A stretch of DNA of 64,000 nucleotides from Eledone cirrhosa (taxonomy: Eukaryota): contig OZ024740.1 in NCBI GenBank assembly GCA_964016885.1, forward strand, positions 18,352,001-18,416,000. The letters are read 5' to 3'. Below, one piece after another: positions 40,210 through 54,746 of the stretch. Both the position numbers and the translations under genes were made by a program. Numbering within the stretch: the first letter of the stretch is position 1; each line of letters starts with the position of its first letter. Under the pieces are notes generated by a model. That model had not been told where the DNA came from and searched no databases. It saw only the letters and a program-made list of their open reading frames with translations.

Positions 40210-40562
40210 GATGATAAAACTGTGTGGGGTGGGTACAAGTATACATGTGAAGGTAAAATTGAAGAAATAAAAGATAAGGTGTAATAAAATTACATGAAGT
40301 TTAAATTAAATTAAAATAAAATAAAATAAAATACTTAACCAGTGTTGGGTCTTATGAGTTAGTCAATAAAATAATTGTTTATACTTTTGGCACAAGGCCA
40401 GTGTCTTACTGAGAGAATATGCTCCGAAATTAGACGTGTCCCTCGAACCTGCGGGTCCAGAATCAGACAGATCCACACACAATGATCGCGTTTCGAGCTG
40501 TCCGCCGGCGAAACAATTGTAACACACAATAAATTGAGTTCAGATGCATCACTGATTTTTCG

Positions 40563-40610
<48 letters not shown>

Positions 40611-41188
40611 CATCTATTCATTCGTCAACTAAAATTAGATTTCGTCTGCTTTCTTTGAAGTTGTTGCCTCATTTTGGAGGACTGAGTTGTGGGAGGAGGA
40701 AGGGGAGTAGTGGGAGAGAGGGTTTAACATAGAGTAGTAGTATCTCCTCTTCCCCCTCTCTCACTAAAACATCTCTTTCCTCCTCCATTGTAAATATGTC
40801 CCCAGGGGTTCCATTATTGAGTTTTATTGAAATCCAATTAGCCAGTCCTGTTTCTGAATATTAGCTTAACATGTGTGTAAAGTTTTATCAGGATCGGATC
40901 ACTGGTGTAGACGCCAACTGGTTATACACAGATACACAGATAGCCAGAAATTGCCAAACAGGAGGAACGTAATAGTACCACTGATGATGTTGCAGATGTG
41001 CAACGAAAGAACTTTGTTAGACTATATATATGTGTTTATATCTATATTATATCTGTATTTTTGACCGTTGGTCAGTCAATGATAAACATTGAGGGCCAAA
41101 TGAATTAACTGTGGAGATATAAAAGATACAGAAGCTAAAACCAACCAAACAGTGAGTGTGTTCTGTTATTATTGCTGGTAATATTATT

Positions 41189-41222
<34 letters not shown>

Positions 41223-41703
41223 CGGAGGACTTGTGGTAAGGAACCAGATGGACCATAACGTACCAGAGTACTCAATACTTAGGGTAGTAGAGTGGGTAAT
41301 AGGAAAAAGTATCGACGTCTATTTCTGGACTAAAGTCCAGAAATAGACGTCGAAACGGCTTGAGCTCTCCCGTCGGGGTCATACTTTTTCCTCTCTCTCT
41401 ATATATATATGGAATGTAGAGAAGTGACACACGAGTTGATATATATAAAAAATAGGCAAAAAGGAAAATAAAAACACACAGTAGAAAATGATAGAGGGAC
41501 TTTTTTAGAATATCATAACACATATGTAGAAAGTAGGGATTTCCGCATTTAATTGTACCGGTTTCAGTTGCATAGTGCAGTTAAATTGCATATTAAGAAT
41601 AATAAGAAAATGAAGAGAAATATATATAGATTCGTACTTACATGCACACACACTCTTTTACTCACATATACACACACATTTCCTCTTAGCTTCGTAAGGA
41701 CGT

Positions 41704-41799
<96 letters not shown>

Positions 41800-42031
41800 C
41801 ACACACATGCTTACGCACGTGCTCAAGTATAGCTCTTTTTACAAAACGTATTTTTTTCGCTTTCAGGTAGACGCGCTCCATCATCCACTTTTCTAAAAAA
41901 TAAATCATACACACCAGCACCAACAGTTTTGCAAGAGATGTCAACATGAATGGACCTGTTACTTTTATCTAAAGACATGTTTTCTAATTCCAACCCGTCC
42001 GTCCCTCAATCTATCTTTTTTCTCATTCTTT

Positions 42032-42065
42032 CTTCTTATGAAGGACTAGCGTCCGAAACGTTAAG
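42032..42065 (+). ncRNA. Degenerate minimal hammerhead (core CTTATGA)
   Basis: CTT cTTATGA A GGAC tagc GTCC GAAA CG TT AAG. G5 is mutated, so it is probably inactive. Confidence 0.45.
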
Positions 42066-42151
42066 TCCCTCTTCCTGCTATATCAAGCGTTAACCGAATA
42101 TATCCCTTCCATATACTGTACCGATTGTGTTGTTATTTCTATTTACCTTTT

Positions 42152-42184
<33 letters not shown>

Positions 42185-42187
42185 CAT

Positions 42188-42229
<42 letters not shown>

Positions 42230-42542
42230 ATATATATGTATATGTATATGTACATAGATATATGTGTATATATATATGTATATATGTATATATATATATA
42301 GAGAGAGATTTACATATACACAAACTAAAACAGAGTTATAGATATGTTTTTGGCAACCATTCACGATGTGGCTCAATGATGAATTAATAAATTAAATAAT
42401 CAGAGCAATATACTATAAATTATGTCCTTAGAATCATTCGATAAGATATATACTCAATTTCCTCTCCCAATTAGCATAATCAACCACACAAGAAACCAAT
42501 TAAACCAGGCTATAAGATTAAAAGGCACCTGTGAAGAAATAA

Positions 42543-44355
42543 TAGATAAATTTCTTTATTAGCCACAAGGGCACAAAAGAAGGGGACAAATACAAATGGG
42601 GAGTTTACATGCAGGTATATGAAAATAAAACTAATAATACAATAACAAATAACAATTGAAATCCCCAATCGGGGGGACGTGTTACACAGGGGTTGTACAC
42701 ACCCCGAAAAAATGTACAACCCTCATCTCCAGGAGCACCATGAGCGAGTACTCCCTTCCTCTCTTCCTCTTTTTCCTCAACCTACAGGCTTATATAGAGA
42801 GAAGGCCCAACCACTCGGGCCATCTTTGCCACATTCACCCACCTTTTATAAAATTTGCTGGGGTACAGCACTTCTCTCTCCATCCTGATTCTTCTTCCAA
42901 AATGATATTTGAAAAAACGAATCAGTTGCTCGACGGAGAGAAAGGTGTCTGACCTCAGCCCTTTTAACCTCGTCCACCATATCACCTCTTTCACCATAGC
43001 CATAACACATAGGAAAATCGCCTCTCCCTCGTTTTTGAAGGAGGGTGGCGGTTTGATCATGACAATGGACTCGGTGTTCAACTAGATTGGTCCCACCCGC
43101 GACAATAGTCGTTCTACATAGCCCCACAGGTCGGTAACGCCCTGGCAGTGTACAAATGCGTGTGCGACGGTTTCCTCGTCGCGCACGCATCTCGGACAGA
43201 TCTTTTTCGAAAGGTCCCTACCCGGGCGCCCGTGTCTGTAGAGCTTGTCTCGAATTGATAGAGCTCCTCGGTAGCACTGCCAGGCCAGGGACTTTTGGAA
43301 GTTCTCCATTGGTCTCGGGCGGAAGGTCCTACCGAACAGACTGGCCAGTTCGTCCTCCTCTACGCCTAGAGTTTCTCTGAGCGTGTCGTCGCACTTGCTG
43401 CGGACCAACCCTCTATAGAATGTCGAAGTGGAGTCTCCACTGATCGCCGGGTCCGTTTGCCAGAGAACTGTGAGCACCTGAGCACATTCGATGTGCCAGT
43501 CGCCCATTTTCCTCGGTCTTTGCTTGACCCAGGACTGCAGCCCGGTCAGCAAGACGAGTCGTGGGAAGGTTCGCCTCACGAACGGGGCCCACACCGGTTG
43601 TCTGGTGAGGAATACGTGGAGGTGCCGCAGTCTGATCGCGTGTTTGCGCATCGTCAGCCACGGCATCCCCAGCCCTCCGTTTGAAGGGTGTTGGCAGCAG
43701 ATGGATCTTCTCACCAAAGGAGCCCGTTTCTTCCAAAGGAATTGGAAGAGCGCACGCTCCATTTTGGTGAGCGTTTTGGCTGGACAAGGCACAACGGTCA
43801 AGCGGAAGTAGATGACGGACGCTATAAAAGTGTTCGCCACTTCCGCTCGACCTTTCAAGGATAGTTTGGACTCGGCCCACTTCTGGGTGAGCGCAAACAC
43901 CTTGGCCGTCACCTCGTTCCAGTTCTTCTCCACCTGGAGGTCAGGACCAAACCAGACCCCGAGCAGCTTTACCGGTCCTTCCGTCCAGCGTCCGACGACG
44001 TCATCGGAAGGCATCGGTTTGCCTCTCCACGTTCCGAGTTGCAAACCGACGGATTTGTCCCAGTTCAGCTTCGCTCCGGTGAACCTTTCGTATTCCTCCA
44101 GTAAGGTGCCGATCTCCCCGATTTGCGATGTGATCGACACCATTACTGTCACGTCGTCGGCGTGGGCCGACGCCGCTTCTCGCAGTCCCGATTCCAAAGG
44201 GATGCCTTACAATAGCTCCAACCTCCGCAGTAGTGGCTCGAGAGTGAGTACGTACAGAAGGGAGGAGAGAGGGCATCCCTGTCGGATGGATCGCGTGATA
44301 TGGAATAGCTCCGAGAGGTAGCCGTTCACCCTGACCCTTGAGCAGATGTTGCTGA
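42543..44355 (-). mobile_element. 5'-truncated Tx1 LINE fragment, same subfamily as 30506-31828
   Basis: RQGCPLS, HADD, CPRC..HAFVHC; frameshift at about 44200 and stop at 43082; ends AATAAAGAAATTTATCTAT. Confidence 0.9.
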
Positions 44356-44708
44356 TAATATGTGTATATGCATTTTTTCTCCTAACTTTAATTTTATACC
44401 TAACTAGCAGTAAAGCCCGGCGTTGCTCGGGGTCGCTCAGTAGCTGTGTTAAAGTTACAATGTTAAGTTTCTTTCTTGGCTTAAAAACTGTAGTGTCTAC
44501 TGTGCAGACTTGCATGTGGTGTTTTTGATTAATATTCCCTCAACCAACAATATGCCTTATGAAGTTAAGAAAACATAACGATAACCCGAATGTTATAACA
44601 AAAGAGGTTGCTGGGGATAAAAACTGCACTGGTTATTTATTAACAAAGATCGAAAATGTAAACACTGCAACGCAGAGAAAAACATTAGCGTAACCAAATT
44701 ATCAGTTA

Positions 44709-44836
44709 TGTCTGTCTGCACGCCTATATCACCTCTCTGCACGACTGTCTGTCTGCACGCGTATATCACCTCTCTGCACGACTGTCTGTCTGCACGCGTA
44801 TATCACCTCTCTGCACGACTGTCTGTCTGCACGCCT
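44709..44836. repeat. About 37-bp minisatellite inside the Helitron (also 51432-51580 and 51866-51992)
   Basis: (TGTCTGTCTGCACGCCTATATCACCTCTCTGCACGAC)n. Confidence 0.9.
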
Positions 44837-46267
44837 AACGAAATTTACAGATACATATATTTTAAATAAACTTATATAATTTTTGCTTTTTTTTACGAAA
44901 TATTTGCTTGTTTTACGTAGTCTTTAAATAGACTTGTTTTCAAGTAAAAATATTATTTTAAAAGGCTTTTAAATGGAAATGAAGCAAAACGGAAGCTTAG
45001 TGTTCGAACTGATGAATTTTGCAGGTCAATAAAAGTTACAATGTTAAGTTTCTTTCTTGGCTTAAAAACTGTAGTGTCTACTGTGCAGACTTGCATGTGG
45101 TGTTTTTGATTAATATTCCCTCAACCAACAATATGCCTTATGAAGTTAAGAAAACATAACGATAACCCGAATGTTATAACAAAAGAGGATGCTGGGGATA
45201 GAAACTGCACTGGTTATTTATTAACAAAGATCGAAAATGTAAACACTGCAACGCAGAGAAAAACATTAGCGTAACCAAATTATCAGTTATTTTGAAACAA
45301 AGAAATTGGATGGACATGAAGAACAAAAAAAAAAATGCGTTATCTGAAGTCGAGGGGCAGGCAGCATCAAATAGGTTTGCACTTGTGATAAAAAATATTG
45401 ACAATGTAATAGCTCAGATGTTTAAGTATAAAGTATGAAGAGCTCATAACATACCCATGGTGAGTTTGACGGGCAGATTATAGACAGCCACAGCATGCGA
45501 AATGGATAGCTGCAGCAAAAGCCATATTCACCAAAAAGAATCACTAAAATCAACAAAACAGAAATGCTGCTTCCATTGCATCTTCAGGTGCAACTGAGAA
45601 TGATGACGAAAGTTTACTTTGACGCACCAGAAATGCTGTTGTCGCTTGTTGTCCATGTCGGAATGCATATTGAAACAATGAAAGAAATGACGGAAACAAT
45701 CTGTGTATGTATGCGGCAAGTTGTGTGTCTACGTATTAAACGCCGGACTTGTCAGCGACTGGAGGGTGTCCTTAACAATCGAAAGCATCAATTCCAGAGT
45801 CCACTTTGACTTGCAAGCAATGCCGGGCCTATAGGTCTCGTGATGTGTCCTATGGTGTCAGAGGCGTTGTGCTTGTTAAGAAGTTGGCGTCATGTCGTCA
45901 GTTTCGAAGTTGCTGATGTCGCGTGTGTGTTAATGCATGAGCACGCATGTATGTCGTTCTTTTAACTGTGTGTGGGCGTATGTGTGGGTGCATATGATGG
46001 CGGTGTGTGCAAATACGAAGTGCGAATAAGTTTGTATATAGTTCTGTTGTTTGACATATATTTGTACAATGGTAGAAAATTCAAATGAGAAGTGATTCAC
46101 TGTTGCATTGGTAACTGTAATTTACTCTGCAAATGCACTGAAAGGTATGTCTAGGTGTCAATAGAATGCACTGCGTCAATGTTGAATAAGTCTCCTTTTT
46201 TCAGGTTTCGTAGATGCTATATATTTAAGGCAGTTGGTGTAACATTGCCATTTTGAACATAAAAACT

Positions 46268-49200
46268 CTATAAAACCTCACGGTATACAATATTCTTTGT
46301 TTTTCCATTTGGAGCAAAGGCAAAAAGGTTATTCCGGCTGCCAACTCGAGAACACCCAACGTAGAATTGTCCATGTGAGAAACATGGTTCCTCCAGGTGA
46401 AGTCCTGCAACAGATAAAGTCTGACCCTGGGACTTGTTGATGGACATAGCAAAGGCAGCACGAAGGGGAAATTGAGTTCTTTTAAAAGAATAGGGTGCAT
46501 CCACTCCTGATGTAGTAAGAGTTACCATAGGTATTAAAACATCTTCTCCTTTTCCACACCCTGACATAATCGTAGCATAAATAATGTGCTGTGACATCCT
46601 ATTGACAACAAGGCGTGTACCATTGCAAAGCTTGGGAGGAGTTATATTCCTGAGAAGTATAACTGGACATCCTTCCTTGAGAGACAAAATATGTTGAGGT
46701 AGACCAGGAATGTCCAATGAATTGAGGAATTCAATGGGATAACTGACCACATCATGTGGATCAACATTGGTATCAATAGACTTAAAAGTCATATCATTTC
46801 CAGGAAGACTTTCAAGCATTTGGCGATTAATGGCGGAGACAGTGACATTTGTAGGAGCTAATATAGCCCTCTCACACAGCCATGCATGATTGCGGTAATT
46901 ATCTACCAAGCTGGGAAAAACGGCTGCCTTGAGATCTTCGACAGTGTTAACCAGACAGCATATATTGTCGAGTGCAATGTCTCTATGCACATCTGAAGGT
47001 ACTTTGCCGTCGCCAAGAATGAGAAGGTCTTCAGCAAATTTTTCAGACACAGTATCGCCATGCAGTTGAATACGCATGTTAGTGGTCAGACGAAGTGTTG
47101 TTACCTGTTGCCACAATGGAGAAGACTTCAGGCAGGCCCGAACTTGATCCGCTCTGGTGCCCTTTGGAATAACCGGCAAAGTTTGTCGAAAGTCCCCTGA
47201 AAGCAAAAGAGTTACACCCCCCATGGTCTCCTGACAGTCTCTAATGTCTTTTAGCGTTCTATCTAAGGCCTCAATAGCTCCTTTGTGAGCCATGGTACAT
47301 TCATCCCACACAATCAGTTGGCACCGCCGTAGCAGTTCTGCTCTGGGACTATCCTTGGTGATGTCACAGAGCGGTGTTTCAGCTGATACCAAGTTAAGCG
47401 GAAGCTTAAAGGTAGAATGTGCTGTCCTACCGCCAGGAAGTAGTGTTGCAGCAATACCAGATGATGCAACAGCTATTGCGATAACTTCATTCTGTCTAAC
47501 TTTGGCAAGAATAAGTTTAGTCACAAAGGTTTTTCCAGTGCCTCCAGGGGCATCAAGAAAGAAGATACCACCCGATCGATGAAATACATAATCAGTGATA
47601 GTGTTGTATGCTAATTGTTGATCAGGAAGTAGTTTTGATTCCATTTCAAACACATATCTAGCTAGAGCATCGACATCATAAGATGTTTCTTGGATGATGA
47701 GAATTGGAATTTTATTAGAATCAGTGCGGTGGGTTTGTGGAAGACCGTATGCTGGCAAGGCATTCCCACCCATAAGGAAAATCCTGTCCTCTATATCTAT
47801 AAGCCCTTTATTGTATAAATCATCACTGAAATCTATTTCTATGTCAGGAAGTAGTAGTTGAGCCTGGTGCAGGAAGTCCTCAGACAGTTGGTTCCGAAAC
47901 TTCAACCATAATGTGTAGGGATCACAAATGTTACATAAGTGAAGAAGCTTTGCAAAGACCTCTCGTAGGCTTCCAGCTGAGTGTGATGAAGCGATCTCCA
48001 CCAAGGTTGCATCCCATCGTGAGTCATCTTCAAGCATTCCACGAGCCAAACAGGCATCTCTGTATGTAGACCAAACACGATTACTGAAAGTTCTGAGGTC
48101 CTGAAAACTGGTCGGTCCTTTTACCTCATGCAGTAGCATTCGAAGATAGAAGCAACTGTGTTGATTTGGAGGAATCGTATACACTCGCCCCAAGCAATTA
48201 GTGAATTTGATTCCAGGAACTCCAATAACTGGTTGGCCAGTCTTTCTGCGACACCATGTTTTTTTATTCCATGTGTAGTATGATGGCACCTGAGGATACA
48301 GCAATGATTTTGCGAACTCATCGTATTTGCACAGTTTGAAGAATCCAGTTAAAGTTGTCTCCCTTGGGGTCTGTGCTAATTCAGTGGCATTTTCATTGGT
48401 ATAATACACCCGTTGACCGTGTTCTAGGTGTACATCTAATTTTACAATTGAAGGGTGCCTATCATGTATTGGAAAACCAAAGATTCACCAAAAGGCCTCG
48501 CTACTACTTATGTATCGACCTACTTGGAATTGTGTTACTTCGTCTCTATTGTTTTCGTTGAGTATACCGAACGAAGCAGCGTCAGAACCTTTATTAACAT
48601 ACTTACATATGTATTTGATGCACTTGACGGAGCTACAGAATTCAACATTAATGTGTGCGTTGAAAGTACTGAGCAGGAGTGGACAATAGGGAATGATCCA
48701 TCTGTTGTCAACCTCGCCATTCTTAACCCTAGCCGTAAAACCTCCATCTTCAGGTCGCCTACGTCTATATAATGGGTAGCCATCATTGCCAGTCTGAGTA
48801 TCGCGAATAAATTGACGGGGAAATTTTTTAGTGCATCTTTTATTGCCTGTAACGCATGGTAAGTCGGTTCTAAAGCCAGGCCCACATGGACCATGCACCA
48901 TATGTGCCCTAACTTTCATGTACAAGTCCTTGTCAGTGGAAGGATCTGGTAATTCTGCAGAGATGATCCTGTCAATGTCGTTAGAACTAACCTTTGTTGT
49001 CAGCCAAATAAGAATATGAGCATGGGGGAGGCTCCTTTTTTGCCATTCGATTGCGTACATGTCACATTGAACTGGTCCGAAAACCTCACCTAATTTCATA
49101 AGATCCATAAGCTTAAGTAACTTAAGACGGAATACTCTAGCTGCGAGATCATGTCGGCGTGTGGTGTTCTGACCAGGAAGGAGTTCGTCCTCAATCTCCT

Positions 49201-51035
49201 TCCAATTGGGGTTACATGTAAAAGTTATGAATAAGTCTGGCCTACCGTAATGTCGTACAATTGTCATGGCGTCCTGAGTCCTTTCATGCATATATCGAGG
49301 GCTTCCCGTGAAGGTAGAGGGCAGAATGCATACTTTTCCAAGACTCTCAGGATCCGCATCATTGTTCATTCCATCCCGAAGGTGTATGTAGCTGTCACAA
49401 CGCAACTTTTTTTGATTGAGTTTGATAAAACACAATCTCTCTGATTCCATTTTTGCACACATGTCAGTTGCATACTGGTTGAAAAGGTCTTGAGAGCGGT
49501 GGAGGTGATTAAAACAGTCATCTCGGATCATGAATCGACATGCATAGAAGTCCTTGCATGAAACTGTTTTGGTAGAATGAACCTCTGAATTGGTAGAGTT
49601 ACATTGTGGAATGCCAAAATGGTATCCATCCTCTCCATATACAAAAAGCAGTGGGTATTGGAGTGCGTCGTATGATCTGTGTGTTTCACTGATCCGTTGA
49701 AGTCCGTGGTCGCGATGCTTGATAACAATGTCACGTTTGTTGTGCTGATCACCAGCGAGAAGTATCGCAACCTCATTCAAAGAAGGTGAATTATAGCGGC
49801 CTGCATGTTCTCCAGATGGCCGCTTGTCAGCATCAATGACAACATAGTAATTATCAACAGGAGCTGTTTCTAATGCATATTTAAAGCTCTGAACATAGCT
49901 GTTGTGACTATGAAGCATGTCTTGAAGTTCAAAAAGGAGCTCCTGTCTAGTGTCATAGGCAATTGAATATTTCCTTGTTGCTTGTGGACAGTCAGTTAAG
50001 TTATTTGTTTTTTCTTTTGGGAAGGCAAATGTATTTCGCCTTGTAGCTTGTTGAAGGCAGTTGGACATGAAGTAGACCTGGAGAAATCGGGGCATTATCT
50101 ACAGGCTCCAGTGATCCGATAAGATGATAAACCTGACCTTGAACTTTGAAAGTGGGCATAAATCCACCTTCATATTCATAACTCGATCCAAAAGATGTCA
50201 TTTGGAAGGCACAATTATAATGTCGAATATCTAGAAGGAAAGCTCTGGAGAGTGAATGGGTGCCTGTAAGAAGAAGCCTCAATGGCTGTGGTGGATCTCT
50301 AGGAGGGTGCAAGTTGACCTTACCATTAGAGCAGCACATTCCGGCTGGTTCGCCCGGCCACTTTTTAGCTTTGCAAAACTGGCAAATTCCAGACATGTCA
50401 CCAATTTGAATATGAAGGTGTGTAGCATAATTATTAGCGGGGACATAATTGAAAGCCTTCAATGACCACCGTGATTTCGCAGCCCTCGAAATACCCCGCT
50501 TATTGGCTTTAAACTGAAAAACACCCCCCAGTCGAATAGTTCGGTTACCTGCTGTCTCCGCTTCTCGCGCAGCTGCAGTAGCAGCCGCATCTCTGCCCTG
50601 ACGAAGTATACGTTCAATAGCATTCTCTGCAGCTCGAACAGTTGCAGTAACAGCCGCATCTCTGCTTTGACGGAGTTTACGTTGAACATCATTCTCTGCA
50701 GCTCGCGTAGCTGCTTTTGCCGTTGCATTTCTTGCAAGCTGAGTTTGACGTTCCACGTGTTTCACTGCAGCACATAAGGATGCAGTTGAAGAAGCATTTC
50801 TGGTGCGTCGGAATAAACATTCGTCATAATTCTCAGTTGCCTGTGAAGGTGCAATGGAAGCAGCATTTCTGTCCTGTTGACTCAAGCAACGCTCATCGAT
50901 AGACAGAGCTGTTGTATTCACTGAACACCCCGCTATTTCAGGCTGTCTAATGCTCGACGACACCTCAGTCAGCCTCCTTCTTTTTGTTATCTGAGACCGC
51001 GTCAGTCGTAATAAGGGTGTCCTTTTTTTAGGCAT
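46268..51035 (-). pseudogene. Helitron RepHel (Zn finger, HUH Rep, PIF1 helicase) with one frameshift (about 50090) and one premature TGA (48485)
   Basis: CQFCKAKKW..MCCSNG; DLFITFTCNP, EWQKRSLPHAHIL, KYICKYVNKG; DAPGGTGKT, IVWDEC, GDFRQ, AMSINKSQGQTL, HGQFYVGCSRV. The frame continues W*IFGFPIHDRHP through the stop. Possible 5' UTR intron at 51060-51265. Confidence 0.93.
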
Positions 51036-52769
51036 CAGGGTGGTGGGCACAATTGAAACCTAAAACAAACAATCCCTCCATTTCGTCAAGATAAAATGAA
51101 ATTAAAGTAAATTCAGCCTTATAAGACCGTAAAATTAATTTAAGTAGAAGGCCTAACCGCCAACGCCATAGTGAAATCAACCAACTTATACTGAAAATAA
51201 TCCAAACGTTTAATAGGGAAAGTTTGCTAACCGTCGTAATAAAAAAATAAATATCAATAACTTACGAAGTAATGAACTCGCCGAACTTTTAAAGCGTTGT
51301 AGCATACAAAGGCAGTACAGTGCAAATGAAGCTATTAAACAAACTGGAGATTCCAATTCACTCTACTAAAGATTTACTTAATCGTCTGCACATTCGCTAA
51401 TCGTCTGCTCATTCCATAAAAGGGAAATAATCGCCTATATCACCTCTCTGCATGTCTGTCTGCACGCCTATATCACCTCTCTGCATGACTGTCTGTCTGC
51501 ACGCCTATATCACCTCTCTGCACGACTATCTGTCTGTACGCGTATATCACCTCTCTGCACGACTGTCTGTCTGCACGCCTAACGACGAAATATTTGCTTG
51601 TTTTACGTAGTCTTTAAATAGACTTGTTTTCAAGTAAAAATATTGTTTTAAAATGCTTTTAAATGGAAATGAAGCGTGTTTTTGATTAATATTCCCTCAA
51701 CCAACAATATGCCTTATGAAGTTAAGAAAACATAACGATAACCCGAATGTTATAACAAAAGAGGATGCTGGGGATAGAAACTGCACTGGTTATTTATTAA
51801 CAAAGATCGAAAATGTAAACATTGCAACGCAGAGAAAAATATTAGCGTAACCAAATTATCAGTTATGTCTGTCTGCACGCCTATATCACCTCTCTGCACG
51901 ACTGTCTGTCTGCACGCCTATATCACCTCTCTGCACGACTGTCTGTCTGCACGCCTATATCACCTCTCTGCACGACTGTCTGTCTGCACGCCTAACGACG
52001 AAATATTTGCTTGTTTTACGTAGTCTTTAAATAGACTTGTTTTCAAGTAAAAATATTGTTTTAAAATGCTTTTAAATGGAAATGAAGCAAAACGGAAGCT
52101 TAGTGTTCGAACTGATGAATTTTGCAGGTCAATATTTTGCTGGCTCGACAACTGTTCGTGTATTGTAATTTTTTACGTAAGACGCTCAATGTAAACAGAA
52201 CAAAGGGAAATAACTGATCACTTACGCTCAAAAATCGATACATTATATTCGATTTCGTCACATAGGGCGGGTCAATTTGAAATTTTTTTTTTCCGATGTC
52301 TTCGCTAGGGCTCAATGTACAAGTATAGCAATTTCGGTGCAATTTTGTGAGAGATTCTAAGAGGAGATGTGTGCCGAAAATCGATAGACAGACAGACAAC
52401 CACAGTTTTATATATATAGATAGATTGTGTATGGTTGACGATATATTTAATCGATTTCCACGTGCTATTGAAATGATGGGTAAATATTCTATGGCTGTTG
52501 ATCGCGAATAAATGGCTATCGTTTATTTATTTATTATTTCTTCACAGGTGCCTTTTAATCTTATAGCCTGGTTTAATTGGTTTCTTGTGTGGTTGATTAT
52601 GCTAATTGGGAGAGGAAATTGAGTGTATATCTTATCGAAAGATTCTTAGGACATAATTTATAGTATATATATATGTATATATATCTATATACAGTATATA
52701 TATATGTATATAAATGTAAATGGACTAGAATGAAACGAAATTTCATTTCTCACTCTTAGTACGGCACTT

Positions 52770-53152
52770 ACTTAAATGTAAGTATCTATGTATGTATACG
52801 TACATAAATATATGTATACAGACGTACACTAGTATGTATATATATACATACATGCACACATATATATATGCACGTATCGGTTTACCGAACATTTATTATA
52901 ATGCTCGGTTTGTTTGTTTGTAAACAAACAAACAGCCCGAATTACGCCGTACAGTTTTAGGCAACCACGTCACCTTTCTGTTCAACACTGACACAGGAAC
53001 GATGTACAAACAAACAAACCGGGCATTATAATAAATGTTTGGTAAACCGATACGTGCATATATATATGTGTGCATGTATGTATATATACATACATACTAC
53101 TGTACGTCTGTATACATATATGTATGTACGTATACATACATACATACTTACA
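52770..53152. repeat. Inverted repeat with about 150-bp arms and an 80-bp spacer
   Basis: GCACGTATCGGTTTACC..GTTTGTTTGTA versus TACAAACAAAC..GGTAAACCGATACGTGC. Confidence 0.8.
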
Positions 53153-53191
53153 TTTATATAAATGTATATATGTATATATATGTATATATAT

Positions 53192-53875
53192 AAACAAACA
53201 TAAATTATCGAGATTCGCATTTCGGCCCACGAAATAAAGAAAAACAACCTCCGAGATGTGAGGCAAGTGCTCAATGATTCAGATGAACCAGAGCTATAAC
53301 AAACGTTAAAGGCCGAACACACTGAGACGATGGTTAAACAATCATTCGCATAGCCAAAAAAACGATCAAGTAATTCGGGTATTGAAAATTTACCCGGACC
53401 CCTGGAAGGTTGGTAAAATCCAGTATATGGGTTTCTGCGGCTCCTAAATCAAGTACCGTCCGCTTACATAAATAATGTCAGGCTTCTGGTAAGATGATTG
53501 AACAAGGAAGCCACTTTCCCAACAGGTTTTAGTTCAATGTTAATACAAGGGCTGACTATTGCTGACCACACGTGGGAATGGGCAAGGGAGGCAACCCCTA
53601 TATCAGGCGAATGAATTCAGTTGTGTATATTTTTTCAAGAATGCAAAAACATCACAAATCGAATAGAGTTCTCAACAGAAGGGTTAAAATTAACATAAGC
53701 TATTCATCAGTCAATAGAATCAACTAAAAAATCAAGAAAATTAACTGGTCAATAGCTAGAGCCCGGAGATTAATACAAACATAAATTATCGAGATTCGCA
53801 TTTCGGCCCACGAAATAACGAAAAACAACCTCCGAGATGTGTGGCAAGTGCTCAATGATTCAGATGAACTAGAGC

Positions 53876-53880
<5 letters not shown>
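53192..53880. repeat. About 580-bp unit with a 105-bp terminal direct repeat between TA tracts; diverged relative at about 32540-32640 in opposite orientation
   Basis: ACAAACATAAATTATCGAGATTCGCATTTCGGCCC..CAGATGAAC.AGAGCTATA at about 53194 and 53775. Confidence 0.75.
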
Positions 53881-53912
<32 letters not shown>

Positions 53913-54746
53913 CTATCTATCTATATATATATATGTCTACACGTCTGTATAAATATATATATATATTAGAAAGTGAGGTTTTTTCACAAAATGAAAAATA
54001 ACCGGTGTCCTACACGAGTGAAAGTATAAAGAAAAAAAGATGAAATCGAAAATGCAACTGGAGTCTTATTTAAAAAAACATATATATATTTATTTGGTTC
54101 CTTTACCGGTTTCGCAGTTCTTCTGCTTTTCAAAAGTAGAGTTGAGATAGAGGGTCTGTGGTTTTTATCACAAATCTGGTTGGTCTCTGAATGTTAATAT
54201 GTTTTCATTAAATTTTCGCGCCCTTATTTGGAAATCTATTCTGTAGCCTTTTTAGAGAATTTTATGACAAGTAAAAGATAATGGTCAATAGAAATTGGAT
54301 GGGAGAATTGTTCTGATTCAGTGAATATGGTTAGTTGCACCTCTACTATATATATATATAGTAGAGGTGCAGTTGGATTGGGTTCACAGGCGAAGATGAG
54401 CACTCGATTCCAGAGTCAGGAACGAACATAATTCGATCGTTCCTCGAGCTGATCGGCGGTGAAACATATGTAATATGTAGTTAAATATGTATATGATTCT
54501 TTGTTCCCTATTTATTATTATTATTATTATTATTATTGGCGACCTACGTAGTAAATCGTATCATCGTGAGCTCCGCAAAGGTTTGTTATTTCCGTTTCTT
54601 AAAAATTGCCATTTATGGAAAATTTTTATTGTTAACTATATATAAGCGCACATACATTGTTTTCCGAAAAGGACACCCAAAAAGATTGGGGCCTTGTGCC
54701 CAAAATTTAAACGTTTATGATTATCAAAAAATTTCTTTGAAAAAAA

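Larger units (their letters stand above)
44404..52424 (-). mobile_element. Complete canonical Helitron (about 8.0 kb)
   Basis: Minus strand begins A|TCTATCTATATATATAAAA and ends with hairpin CCCGAGCAACGCCGGG, 8 nt, then CTAG|T. No TSD. The rejoined flanks ACACAA|TTAGGT match the homologous repeat at about 7673-7684. Confidence 0.93.

Noticed and set aside
48485-48487. Selenocysteine or read-through at the in-frame TGA of RepHel
   Set aside because: The position is normally Arg (WRIF), so CGA>TGA CpG decay is simpler. The ORF also has a frameshift.
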